Positions 1 through 10,384 of a DNA stretch of 64,000 nucleotides are shown piece after piece. The notes beneath the pieces were generated by a model. It was not told where the DNA came from. It did no database searches and was given only the letters and a program-made list of their open reading frames with translations. The stretch is from NCBI GenBank assembly GCA_965644295.1, contig CBFFRP010000107.1:29560-93559 (forward strand), in the 5' to 3' direction. How positions within the stretch are numbered: the first letter of the stretch is position 1; every line of letters begins with the position of its first letter. The DNA comes from Paraphysomonas bandaiensis. Its lineage: Eukaryota > Protista > Chrysophyceae. A program made the translations under genes and the position numbers.

Positions 1-3000
1 TCCAATCTTCAGCTGCAGATCTTGATCCCTTGTGTGCGCAAGGTATTTCAGCACTCTATTCAACTTCTGCTGATCTCCGATTGTCGGACCCTTCACTCTT
101 GTTGTGAGGTACGCTATACTGAGCAGGATGTCTGGTCTAACTCTTATTGACAGATATAGCAATTTGGCCACCACTGAATGGAAATTGGCAGCCTCCTTCC
201 TCCCCAATTTCTGTCCTGCGCCCTCTGCGAACAGTGATGATGTCGCTGGAGATGCTGCTCTGCCAGTGACCGCTGCCTCCTCCAGCACTCCGTCTAGGTA
301 AGCCCTCATTGACACCACTGCCCTGTCATCTATCATGCTCACATGCATACCTAAATACGACATGTCTTTGTCATCACAGTATTTTACCTCACCATATTGT
401 TTCTTTAGTTGTTCCACCAACCACTCGGTGTCACGCTTGTCTTGTGATAGCACTAGCAGATCGTCCACGTGTAGTGTTATAGTGCACTGCTTGCCGTTGA
501 CAGTCCTATTGAGAACACACTGATCCACCGGGTTAGCCACGAAACCAATGCTTTCCAGGTAAGCTCTTATCGTGTCATACCAGAGCTTTGCGCTCTGCAC
601 GCATCCATATAACGCTTTGTCTAGGCGCACCAATATTTTGCCTCTTTCATCAACATACGGCTGGATTGTGGGGTCTAGTTTTCTGAGTATTGTGGCCAAC
701 ATCGGCTCCAATTCCATTATTACCTCTTCGCCTGACATCTCCGCATTGAGGTATGCACCACCTATATCAATTGTCGATACATGTCTCCCCTCTCTCGCTG
801 CTATTGCTAGGCATGCAAATACTGACTGTATGTCCACAGTGGGTGACGACGTGTCTGGGTACAGTTTCCGGTCCTGCTGTGCCCCGTTCGCAACCAGCCT
901 CGCCTTGATTTTCTCGAACCTTCCGAGTCCGTCGTATTTCGTCTTCAAAAACATCAGCGATCGAATTGTTCGTTTGAGTTGAGTCTTTGATAGGTCACTC
1001 CGGTGTACTGGAACTATCGCCTTTTTTTCATGCAGCAGCTGCTTCAGCTCCCGTAATATCGCCAGGTAGGCTTCTTTGCCGTGTTCCTTTAAACCTTTGG
1101 TTACGCTTGTGTGATAGGCTCGATACATTACGGGCTTTCTTCTTGTGCCTGCCGCTATCCTTGCTCCGGCTGATGGTGATGATAGTACTTCGCTTGTATT
1201 GTGTGTCATCCCTGTAGTTTCCACCCCTGTAATTTCCGGATCGTCGATGTCGTTGGGTGTTGCAGCGCCCGGTTCCTGTTCGCTCGGCCCATCAGCCCGG
1301 TCGCCATCATCGTCGACTGGTTCCGTGATTTTTGTTCTCTCTCTCTCTTCTGTGTGGCCGTGCCCTTCGTCTGTGTCAACTGCTGTCATCTGCCCCTCCT
1401 CGTGAGGCTCCTTCGGCTTATCGATCTCGTCATTCTCAGCTGGTGGCGTGGTATCCTCGATCTCTCGACTCTCATTCTCGCTGGTCGTGACAGGTGAGTG
1501 TGACTTGTTGTGCAATGACGATATTCTGTTCACGGCGTCTATTACTATTTGTGTGGTCACCATCTTCACCCAGTTGGTCCTACTCACATATTTATTTGTT
1601 TTAAGGTTTAAAAATATCCAACTCCCGTTTGCGTTGCCGGATGGGTACAGCGCGATACATGGTTCTGTTCTGGCCTGCTCCGCGTTATTGCTCTTGACCT
1701 TCGGGTCATAACATTCTACGTAGTCCCCAAAAGCCAGTGACAGTTCCTTTTTATAATTGGGTTTCCGACCAGTCAATGCCACTCGCGGTGCTACAGTTGT
1801 GCCATTGGTGGATGGCCTCCTCAAGTTCATGCGGCTGTTGGCGTATCTCACCAGGTCTCTGACGTTGGCATCTGGTAGGTTCCATGGTAGCCCTGAATGT
1901 ACACTGCGTATTGTCTCTTTGAGTCGCCTAATCTTCGCGTCGATCTTGTCCAGGTGATCTCCAGCCCCTGCCACGTCAATCTCCATCCCTGTGATTTTGC
2001 CTCTCAGGGCCTTGAATCCCGGCTGAGGGTCCAGGTAGGTAACTGTCGGTATGTACCCGTAGCTTCTTAACAGGTTTACTTGTTCCTGTAGGGCCAATCC
2101 CAACTGATCCGTTGTTTCGTTTTCGAGTGAAGTAACGATGGTTAGTCCCAATGGTTCCGCTAGTGTGAGCATGAACGATTGCTGTCTCACACTGAAGATG
2201 TCTGTGTACAGCATTTGCTCCTTCTGCTGTTCTGCCTTCAGTTCCGGATCCGCGTATTGCCGGCTGACTTTCTTATTCGTCTGCTTGCCTCTCACCGCTT
2301 CGAACGGTCTCCCATATATGTCAAAAGCTCTTCTGATATCACTCGGGGTAAGTCGCACCCCTGTAACGTTTCCGTCGCTCACTAGCTGCACAGCATCTCT
2401 CTCCGAGTCGAAACCCGAGTTTCGGATCAGGTCTCGTGCTTCTCGCGCTCTCGCGACTTCTACTTTCGAATATTGGGCTTCGCGCTCCGCTACAGTCGTT
2501 ACGTTGACTTTGGCCGTCGCCCAGTCGCGCATGTCGGCCACATACATCTTGTTCTTTCGATAGAAAGTCAAATCACTGTCAGGTAAGTGGACAGTGAAAG
2601 ACTCTCCCTGCCTATATGTCACTTCATATATGTCTTCTACGTCCGCCTGACATAGCACGCTTGCCCTTAGCTCATCTGCTGTCTTACAGGTGAAGAATTG
2701 GTCTAGCTCGCCTACATTCGGTAGTTCCAGTGCGTGTCCCGATAATCCCGCCACGGTGCATCCTTTGGACGCCGGTCTTACATTGTTCAGTAGTCTTGGG
2801 TGTACTACCGAGACATCCGCCTGGTTGTCGAGTAATACCTCGTACCATTGGAATGGCTCGCTTCCTGACGTGAAGGCGTTCAACATTGTTGTCGTGCAGT
2901 GCTTGTTTTCTGATTCTTGGCTACTGTCTGGGCATTCGTTCATTCTGTGGCCTGGCTCACCGCAGCCCCAACATATGAGCTGCCTTTTTTTCTGACCACG

Positions 3001-3912
3001 TTTGCTGTTGTGCGACTTCGTGTCGTTCCCTTGTTGCTGCTCTGGTGTATCATTGCTATCTGCTGATTTCTTGCCTTTGTCAGACTTCGATTTGCTCACG
3101 AATGCGGATCCGCCGCCTGCTCTCGTTGCTCTCTTCGGCGTTAGATATTTTGATGCTTTAGTATATATTTCATTCACATGCGTAGGTGCTGTTTGCGTTC
3201 CCATTGTTAGATCGTTGAGATAGCTAGTTTTGAACTCGCCATATCTCGTGTCGTCCAGCCCTTCGAAGAAATCCATCGCGATGTCCTCTTCATTCATTTC
3301 CGCGTTGTTCATGTCTTTGTAGGCTTCTAATAGATGATCAAACCTCTCCTTATAAGTAACTATACTCTCGTATGCTCCCTGTTTAGCGTCTTTGTACCTT
3401 TGCCTCGCTTCTGCTCGTACCACTGTACTTACGCTGGAGTTAGTGGATACTTTGTGGGTTTGTTTGATAGCCAGCCATAGTAGTAGAGGATCCTTAGTCC
3501 TGTTCATGAGCTCGTATTCATCTAATAGCTTGACTGCATCCATTGATTCGTGGCTCAGATGGTCTACCATGAATGAGTAGAATGCCGATCTATCGTTCCG
3601 CATCTTGTCTATTAATCTCCCTCTGGTCTTGGTCTTGTCCTTCATCAGGTCGAGGTTAACTCCATAGGGGTCGTCTTCCAAATCAAAATCCTCTGGGTTT
3701 ATCGCATCGGGCTCATAATATTTGTCCAGCTCTACTAGGCGTGCAAGATCACCGTACTTTTGCATGCCCACCACTACAAGCCTCTGTTTGAATGTGGCGA
3801 AGTTCGAGTTGGCACCGTATCTTAAAGTCGGTACATGTTCTGGTCTATCGGTGCTCGGTTTCTTGCCGAATCTTGCAAATCTTGTTGGCTTGTCGTTCGT
3901 TGTCTTCTTCAT
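1..3912 (-). CDS. Ty1/copia gag-pol polyprotein (gag, protease, integrase, RT); 3' part runs off the window
   Basis: ATG at 3912 (MKKTTNDKPTRF...) is in the same frame as the codons at position 1 (..NRVLKYLAHTRDQDLQLKIG). Manual translation shows zinc knuckle CWGCGEPGHRMNEC (~2932-2973), protease LLDNQAD (~2815-2838), an integrase core (YTDIF..YLDPQP..KIRRLKE), then RT motifs IKARLVANG, DIGGAYLNA, KALYGCVQSAKLWY and LHVDDLL. Integrase-before-RT order indicates copia. Absent from the ORF track because no stop codon falls inside the window. Confidence 0.93.
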   Translation of the reverse strand, partial: MKKTTNDKPTRFARFGKKPSTDRPEHVPTLRYGANSNFATFKQRLVVVGMQKYGDLARLVELDKYYEPDAINPEDFDLEDDPYGVNLDLMKDKTKTRGRLIDKMRNDRSAFYSFMVDHLSHESMDAVKLLDEYELMNRTKDPLLLWLAIKQTHKVSTNSSVSTVVRAEARQRYKDAKQGAYESIVTYKERFDHLLEAYKDMNNAEMNEEDIAMDFFEGLDDTRYGEFKTSYLNDLTMGTQTAPTHVNEIYTKASKYLTPKRATRAGGGSAFVSKSKSDKGKKSADSNDTPEQQQGNDTKSHNSKRGQKKRQLICWGCGEPGHRMNECPDSSQESENKHCTTTMLNAFTSGSEPFQWYEVLLDNQADVSVVHPRLLNNVRPASKGCTVAGLSGHALELPNVGELDQFFTCKTADELRASVLCQADVEDIYEVTYRQGESFTVHLPDSDLTFYRKNKMYVADMRDWATAKVNVTTVAEREAQYSKVEVARAREARDLIRNSGFDSERDAVQLVSDGNVTGVRLTPSDIRRAFDIYGRPFEAVRGKQTNKKVSRQYADPELKAEQQKEQMLYTDIFSVRQQSFMLTLAEPLGLTIVTSLENETTDQLGLALQEQVNLLRSYGYIPTVTYLDPQPGFKALRGKITGMEIDVAGAGDHLDKIDAKIRRLKETIRSVHSGLPWNLPDANVRDLVRYANSRMNLRRPSTNGTTVAPRVALTGRKPNYKKELSLAFGDYVECYDPKVKSNNAEQARTEPCIALYPSGNANGSWIFLNLKTNKYVSRTNWVKMVTTQIVIDAVNRISSLHNKSHSPVTTSENESREIEDTTPPAENDEIDKPKEPHEEGQMTAVDTDEGHGHTEERERTKITEPVDDDGDRADGPSEQEPGAATPNDIDDPEITGVETTGMTHNTSEVLSSPSAGARIAAGTRRKPVMYRAYHTSVTKGLKEHGKEAYLAILRELKQLLHEKKAIVPVHRSDLSKTQLKRTIRSLMFLKTKYDGLGRFEKIKARLVANGAQQDRKLYPDTSSPTVDIQSVFACLAIAAREGRHVSTIDIGGAYLNAEMSGEEVIMELEPMLATILRKLDPTIQPYVDERGKILVRLDKALYGCVQSAKLWYDTIRAYLESIGFVANPVDQCVLNRTVNGKQCTITLHVDDLLVLSQDKRDTEWLVEQLKKQYGEVKYCDDKDMSYLGMHVSMIDDRAVVSMRAYLDGVLEEAAVTGRAASPATSSLFAEGAGQKLGRKEAANFHSVVAKLLYLSIRVRPDILLSIAYLTTRVKGPTIGDQQKLNRVLKYLAHTRDQDLQLKIG

Positions 3913-3935
3913 AATTTCCTCTTAATGAGAAGTTC

Positions 3936-4836
3936 TCTCTCTCCTCATGAGGAGCACACACCACTATACACCACTATGACCACACACTGTTGATAGTCCT
4001 CACTCGTGTCTGTGAGTAGAGGCAGCAGCAGAGCCTCTGAATCATGTACTCATATATGCATATATCCACATCACGTTCACTTCGAAGTCACTCAGAGATA
4101 TACTGCATATACGTACACGTATACCTATGTATACCATATACATATGTATGTATGTATGTATGTATGTATGCGTAGAGGAATGAGAGGATGTTCTTTTCAG
4201 TTTAGTACTTGAAGTGACTGTATAAGATATGCATAGGGCACATAGAGGTGTATGGTGTTATATTATGCAGTGTGTAGTGTACGGCTGTAGAATAGAGGCA
4301 TAATTTCCTCTTACGCAGAGAAAAATACGGTACTCGGTCGAATGTCACGGATGTTACAAATCAATAAACGGACGGAATACCCCCGTTGCTTTCACACAGT
4401 CTACACTACAGGTAGTCAAAGCAAGGTTCTCTTTATAGTTTACTACAGAACTTCTCAGTAAGAGGAAATTATGCCTCTATTCTACAGCCGTACACTACAC
4501 ACTGCATAATATAACACCATACACCTCTATGTGCCCTATGCATATCTTATACAGTCACTTCAAGTACTAAACTGAAAAGAACATCCTCTCATTCCTCTAC
4601 GCATACATACATACATACATACATACATATGTATATGGTATACATAGGTATACGTGTACGTATATGCAGTATATCTCTGAGTGACTTCGAAGTGAACGTG
4701 ATGTGGATATATGCATATATGAGTACATGATTCAGAGGCTCTGCTGCTGCCTCTACTCACAGACACGAGTGAGGACTATCAACAGTGTGTGGTCATAGTG
4801 GTGTATAGTGGTGTGTGCTCCTCATGAGGAGAGAGA
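3936..4836. repeat. Long inverted repeat: arms 3936-4314 and 4458-4836 (379 bp each), 143-bp spacer; probably copia LTR/leader-derived
   Basis: ORFs 4006..4212(+) and 4560..4766(-) translate identically, and spot checks show the arms are exact reverse complements. TGTTG at 3988 / CAACA at 4784 resembles a copia LTR terminus. Confidence 0.92.
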
Positions 4837-5684
4837 CTCGTATGATCATATGAATAATACCGCAGCAGATACACACACTTACATACAGAACCCCCACACA
4901 CACATACATGCATAGACCGCATGGAGCACCCTGAATAGCCATATAACTGAACCAGAAGCGTTCACCACTAATGCGCTCCTGAGTATGTTATTTTATATGG
5001 CGTATCTGCATGAATGGTGCTGTGGAATCATATGTATCCGTTAGAAGACTGTGGCGCTGTTGCTCATGCAGCTGGTGGTGATTATCCATATCATCCATAC
5101 TGCATCATCTCATTATGATCTGGTGTGTGCTGTATATTCGAAAGAGGTTACATGTATATATAAGGTAAAGGTGCTGTGTAGGCAAGAGATGTTTTGATGA
5201 AACCAATTCTACTTCCATCGCATTGAATAGGGCCAATAAGATATCTCTGTTGTAACGGTGGCGACATGCTACAGTGTATAGAATACGTTTCCTATTCGAA
5301 ATAGTTTCCTCATTGCAGTGTATGTCTTTGTAGATATGTTACTAGGAAGTAACCTGTGTAATATACTTTGTGTGATTTCATTCTTGGGCATGAGCCTGCC
5401 TTGCCATGAGTTTCCTTGTCCTTTGGATTCCCCCTGGCTGATCACATCAACTTTTGACATTTGGATGATGAAATAACTTAACTAAACTGTAACCTTGCTC
5501 TACTTGTAAACCTTAACCTTGCTTCGTTGTACATTTAACATATCAGTGATAATGAACATTTAACGCCCCTGCCCAATGTTCGAACTCAATATCGAACAAC
5601 TGGAAGCACATGAACCAACGCTGACCTTGTTTGATATGACCAAATGACTAACTAGTCAAGCTAGTTAGACGTCTATCTGGTACT

Positions 5685-6027
5685 AACTCCATTATCCTAC
5701 TATTTACGCTACGGAGGATGGTTGTGCAACCACCTCCGCTCTATAGCTCAAAGCAAACGCCGTGAGCAAGCCGAATGTTGATATACCTGACATCTGCTAA
5801 CTTCAGTTTTTTTGAGTCCTTAAGGTGATTATCCCGGATGCTTGACTTCAGCAGGCAGCTCAATACCCTGGCTCCCCTTCAGGTGGGCCCTGTCCCGCAT
5901 GCCCTTGAGGTGGGCCCATTTCCGGATGCCTGTTTATTCGTCAAGGCCCAAACACGTCTACACAAGTGACACTTATTAGTGTCCCTTGTACCAAACAAGC
6001 ATTCGCCTATGAGTTGGCAGAACAATA
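5685..6027 (-). repeat. Unclassified structured interspersed repeat ('family X'), copy 1
   Basis: Reverse complement shares CTGCTGAAGTCAAGCATCC, CAGATGTCAGGTATATCA and ATAGTAGGATA with 25742-25991 and 42190-42623, and GGGCCCACCTCAAGG with the latter. Confidence 0.85.
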
Positions 6028-6073
6028 CCTAAGTAAGTAGGCGATCATGGTACAGCGAGGAAATATGATACGA

Positions 6074-9000
6074 GGGAAATATTATTCAACCTAGTCAAAT
6101 TGGTTGAATTACCTAGTCACGCTATTTTTGGTGGAATAACCTAGTCAAAGTAATAAATGACTCAACCTAGTCAACTTTGGTATTCAACCTAGTCGTTCTT
6201 ATATCCATTGATTACACACTGTGACTGTCTAAGATACCATCTCACACCACACAATATATTAGTGGCTTACAGAGCATCAAAACAAACACTCAAACATTAC
6301 AATAAGCTCATATATACATATCTACATAACACAGATGTACGTGTATGTCTATCTAGCCTATCTGTAGCATGTATGCATATAGCGATGGTCCCTGTGAGTG
6401 TTATGGGGAGGAGGGTCCATGAAGCTGTGGGCATAACTCACTCTATGATCCGCAGGACATCTTGAGATCTTCATATGCTGGGAGTGATGGCGCTCATCTT
6501 CCTTCACTTCAGCACTGAATGAATGACTTCGATTGCTGCATTGGCTTTCAGGGGTGCATAAATCCCTATTTTTAGTCCAACGGAAAAAAAAGGAGGTTTT
6601 CAGAAAACAAACTTCTAAAAGCAGCATCATTGAAGTGGACTGTAGAGCAGCATCAGAACATCAGCATCATGAGTGTGTCATCAGTCTTACAGCATCATGA
6701 GTGTGTCATCAGTCTTACAGCATCATGAGTGTGTCATCAGTCTTACAGCATCATGAGTGTGTCATCAGTCTTACAGTATCATGAGTGTGTCATCAGTCTT
6801 ACAGTATCATGAGTGTGTCATCAGTCTTACAGCATCATGAGTGTGTCATCAGTCTTACAGTATCATGAGTGTGTCATCAGTCTTACAGTATCATGAGTGT
6901 GTCATCAGTCTTACAGCATCATGAGTGTGTCATCAGTCTTACAGTATCATGAGTGTGTCATCAGTCTTACAGCATCATGAGTGTGTCATCAGTCTTACAG
7001 TATCATGAGTGTGTCATCAGTCTTACAGCATCATGAGTGTGTCATCAGTCTTACAGCATCATGAGTGTGTCATCAGTCTTACAGCATCATGAGTGTGTCA
7101 TCAGTCTTACAGTATCATGAGTGTGTCATCAGTCTTACAGTATCATGAGTGTGTCATCAGTCTTACAGCATCATGAGTGTGTCATCAGTCTTACAGTATC
7201 ATGAGTGTGTCATCAGTCTTACAGCATCATGAGTGTGTCATCAGTCTTACAGTATCATGAGTGTGTCATCAGTCTTACAGTATCATGAGTGTGTCATCAG
7301 TCTTACAGTATCATGAGTGTGTCATCAGCCTTACAGTATCATGAGTGTGTCATCCGTCTTACAGTATCATGAGTGTGTCATCAGTCTTACAGTATCATGA
7401 GTGTGTCATCAGTCTTACAGCATCATGAGTGTGTCATCAGTCTTACAGCATCATGAGTGTGTCATCAGTCTTACAGCATCATGAGTGTGTCATCAGTCTT
7501 ACAGCATCATGAGTGTGTCATCAGTCTTACAGTATCATGAGTGTGTCATCAGTCTTACAGCATCATGAGTGTGTCATCAGTCTTACAGCATCATGAGTGT
7601 GTCATCAGTCTTACAGTATCATGAGTGTGTCATCAGTCTTACAGCATCATGAGTGTGTCATCAGTCTTACAGTATCATGAGTGTGTCATCAGTCTTACAG
7701 TATCATGAGTGTGTCATCAGTCTTACAGTATCATGAGTGTGTCATCAGTCTTACAGTATCATGAGTGTGTCATCCGTCTTACTGTATCATGAGTGTGTCA
7801 TCAGTCTTACAGTATCATGAGTGTGTCATCAGTCTTACAGCATCATGAGTGTGTCATCAGTCTTACAGTATCATGAGTGTGTCATCAGTCTTACAGCATC
7901 ATGAGTGTGTCATCAGTCTTACAGCATCATGAGTGTGTCATCAGTCTTACAGTATCATGAGTGTGTCATCAGTCTTACAGCATCATGAGTGTGTCATCAG
8001 TCTTACAGCATCATGAGTGTGTCATCAGTCTTACAGCATCATGAGTGTGTCATCAGTCTTACAGTATCATGAGTGTGTCATCAGTCTTACAGTATCATGA
8101 GTGTGTCATCAGTCTTACAGCATCATGAGTGTGTCATCAGTCTTACAGTATCATGAGTGTGTCATCAGTCTTACAGCATCATGAGTGTGTCATCAGTCTT
8201 ACAGTATCATGAGTGTGTCATCAGTCTTACAGTATCATGAGTGTGTCATCAGTCTTACAGTATCATGAGTGTGTCATCAGTCTTACAGTATCATGAGTGT
8301 GTCATCCGTCTTACAGTATCATGAGTGTGTCATCAGTCTTACAGTATCATGAGTGTGTCATCAGTCTTACAGCATCATGAGTGTGTCATCAGTCTTACAG
8401 CATCATGAGTGTGTCATCAGTCTTACAGCATCATGAGTGTGTCATCAGTCTTACAGCATCATGAGTGTGTCATCAGTCTTACAGTATCATGAGTGTGTCA
8501 TCAGTCTTACAGCATCATGAGTGTGTCATCAGTCTTACAGCATCATGAGTGTGTCATCAGTCTTACAGTATCATGAGTGTGTCATCAGTCTTACAGCATC
8601 ATGAGTGTGTCATCAGTCTTACAGTATCATGAGTGTGTCATCAGTCTTACAGTATCATGAGTGTGTCATCAGTCTTACAGTATCATGAGTGTGTCATCCG
8701 TCTTACTGTATCATGAGTGTGTCATCAGTCTTACAGTATCATGAGTGTGTCATCAGTCTTACAGCATCATGAGTGTGTCATCAGTCTTACAGCATCATGA
8801 GTGTGTCATCAGTCTTACAGTATCATGAGTGTGTCATCAGTCTCACTGTATTAAAGGTACCACAGCATATATATGCTGTAAGGGAGGAAGCTTACAAAAT
8901 CAAGAGCGAAACCTATATTATTATCGTTCTTGTCTACAACTGCCCGCGCTGTGGGTACTAGCAGCTATTGATCCTACCTCTAGTGAGGTATGTGCAATAG

Positions 9001-9635
9001 ATATGTACTCTGCATTTATATATTACAATATATTTTGCGTTCTTGTGACTGTTAATCATTGTATGACACAATACTTTTTACAATCTTGTGAGTGCTAATC
9101 ATTGTATGACAGACATCACAGTATAATATTATGTATGTTGTACGGGAGATCCCTTAATAATCAAGTGCAAACCCAATATCGCTTGTGAGGTATGTAAAAT
9201 ACATTTATAACTCTCTACATATCTTAATTATGTGCTCAGGGAACATTGATGTGAAGCACATGTTGATCTCCATCAAGACTCACAATGCAGCGAGGTCCCT
9301 CATCAACGGTGAACCCACCGATGTCATGGCCCTTGGGAAGCTATGGAATTGCACCGGACATGGTCACCAATTTCTCATTGGAATGCAACGTTATAATGTT
9401 ATGTATTGCATGTATACAATATCTACATTTATCAATTGATGGATAGAGTATGCTCCCATGTTTGAATGAAAATTTTTATTTTTGACTAGGTGAATACCAT
9501 AAAACCTAGTCATTGTAAACTGAAAATATGAATTATTAAATGACTAGGTTTTTCAACCGCTTGACTAGGTTTTTACACCAATTTTGGTGTGACTAGGAAA
9601 TTACACCAATTTGACTAGGTTCAATAATAGATCCC
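6074..9635. mobile_element. Non-autonomous Mutator-like (MULE) DNA transposon with repetitive TIRs
   Basis: Left end GGGAAATATTATTCAACCTAGTCAAATTGG and right end CCAATTTGACTAGGTTCAATAATAGATCCC are imperfect inverted repeats with multiple subterminal ACCTAGTCA motifs. A 9-bp direct repeat ATGATACGA flanks it (6065-6073 and 9636-9644). A 9-bp TSD with G..C termini is typical of Mutator. No transposase seen. Confidence 0.8.
6665..8843. repeat. 28-bp minisatellite, ~78 units (YATCATGAGTGTGTCATCAGTCTTACAG)
   Basis: Exact 28-bp periodicity (unit starts 6665, 6721, 7561, 7981, 8821). Units differ mainly by C/T at base 1. No spacers. Confidence 0.98.
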
Positions 9636-9697
9636 ATGATACGAAGGATTATCCGAATCTACCATTTTTCCCACAACAATGTCGAACATGCTCTTTT

Positions 9698-9800
9698 CGT
9701 GGTGTTCTGGGGGATAAGTACCGGAAACTAACAATAAACAATATATAGTATACAGTCAGCAGATGTTGTTCTGTCCACTCATAGCCAAATGCTTGTGTGG
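9698..9800 (+). repeat. Family X partial copy
   Basis: CGTGGTGTTCTGGGGGA..GGAAACTAACA and ATAGCCAAAT/GCTTGTGTGG match 42190-42265. The second block also matches the reverse complement of ~5990-6025. Confidence 0.7.
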
Positions 9801-9858
9801 AGATACTATATCTCTAATATTCTTAATTCTTTTTTTTTGCATATACCAAGTACCAGTA

Positions 9859-9891
9859 AATGCCATTACCATTAACGGTTACCACGCCCTG
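9859..9891. mobile_element. Isolated hAT terminal fragment
   Basis: AATGCCATTACCATTAACGGTTACCACGCCCTG matches the right end of the 19271-20194 element (AATGCCATTACCATTAATGATTACCAGGCCCTG). Confidence 0.6.
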
Positions 9892-10384
9892 TAACATAAT
9901 ACTCAACTTCTCACTTCATTTATTAAAGTTTGCTACATTTATATTCTCTCTACTTTCTACTCACATTCAATATTATCAGATCTTACACCATGCACGATCT
10001 CATACAGTAAAAGTATTCTAGTTTTTCTAATTAATTCTTCATGTACTACAATTTTCAACTTCTATATTTTTAAACTAACGATCATACTTCTAATACTTTA
10101 ACGTACAGCTTTTATGTGTTAACAACCCCATTCCAACAGTGTGACCATAGTGTAGGCTCGGTGGTACACCCATAAACACCACGAATTTGCACTGACTCTA
10201 GGCAGTCATCCACCCTCCCACACGTTCATCTTGGCTGACCACATAGATCGCGCAGATTCTGTAAAGCAAAGCTCAACATTGGTGGTTGCCTATCCATCAG
10301 TTATGACTCGTGGTCTGAAGATTCTATCTACAGCTTTGAATTGAGAGGGAGGATACGATCCCCTACTCAAATATATCAAGCACT

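Noticed and set aside
104-3925. Many short plus-strand ORFs
   Set aside because: Antisense shadows of the copia gag-pol.
4006-4766. Duplicated 68-aa protein gene
   Set aside because: GTG-start translation of a microsatellite-containing inverted repeat; no sign of coding.
5170-5460. Minus-strand coding-like fragment
   Set aside because: Short, contains a stop, and no family recognised.
6665-8843. CRISPR array
   Set aside because: The 28-bp units are contiguous with no unique spacers; there are no cas genes and the context is eukaryotic.
6665-8843. Tandem hammerhead ribozymes or C/D snoRNAs (CTGATGA on the minus strand of most units)
   Set aside because: No GAAA core partner or stems II/III, and no separately placed box D; treated as chance.
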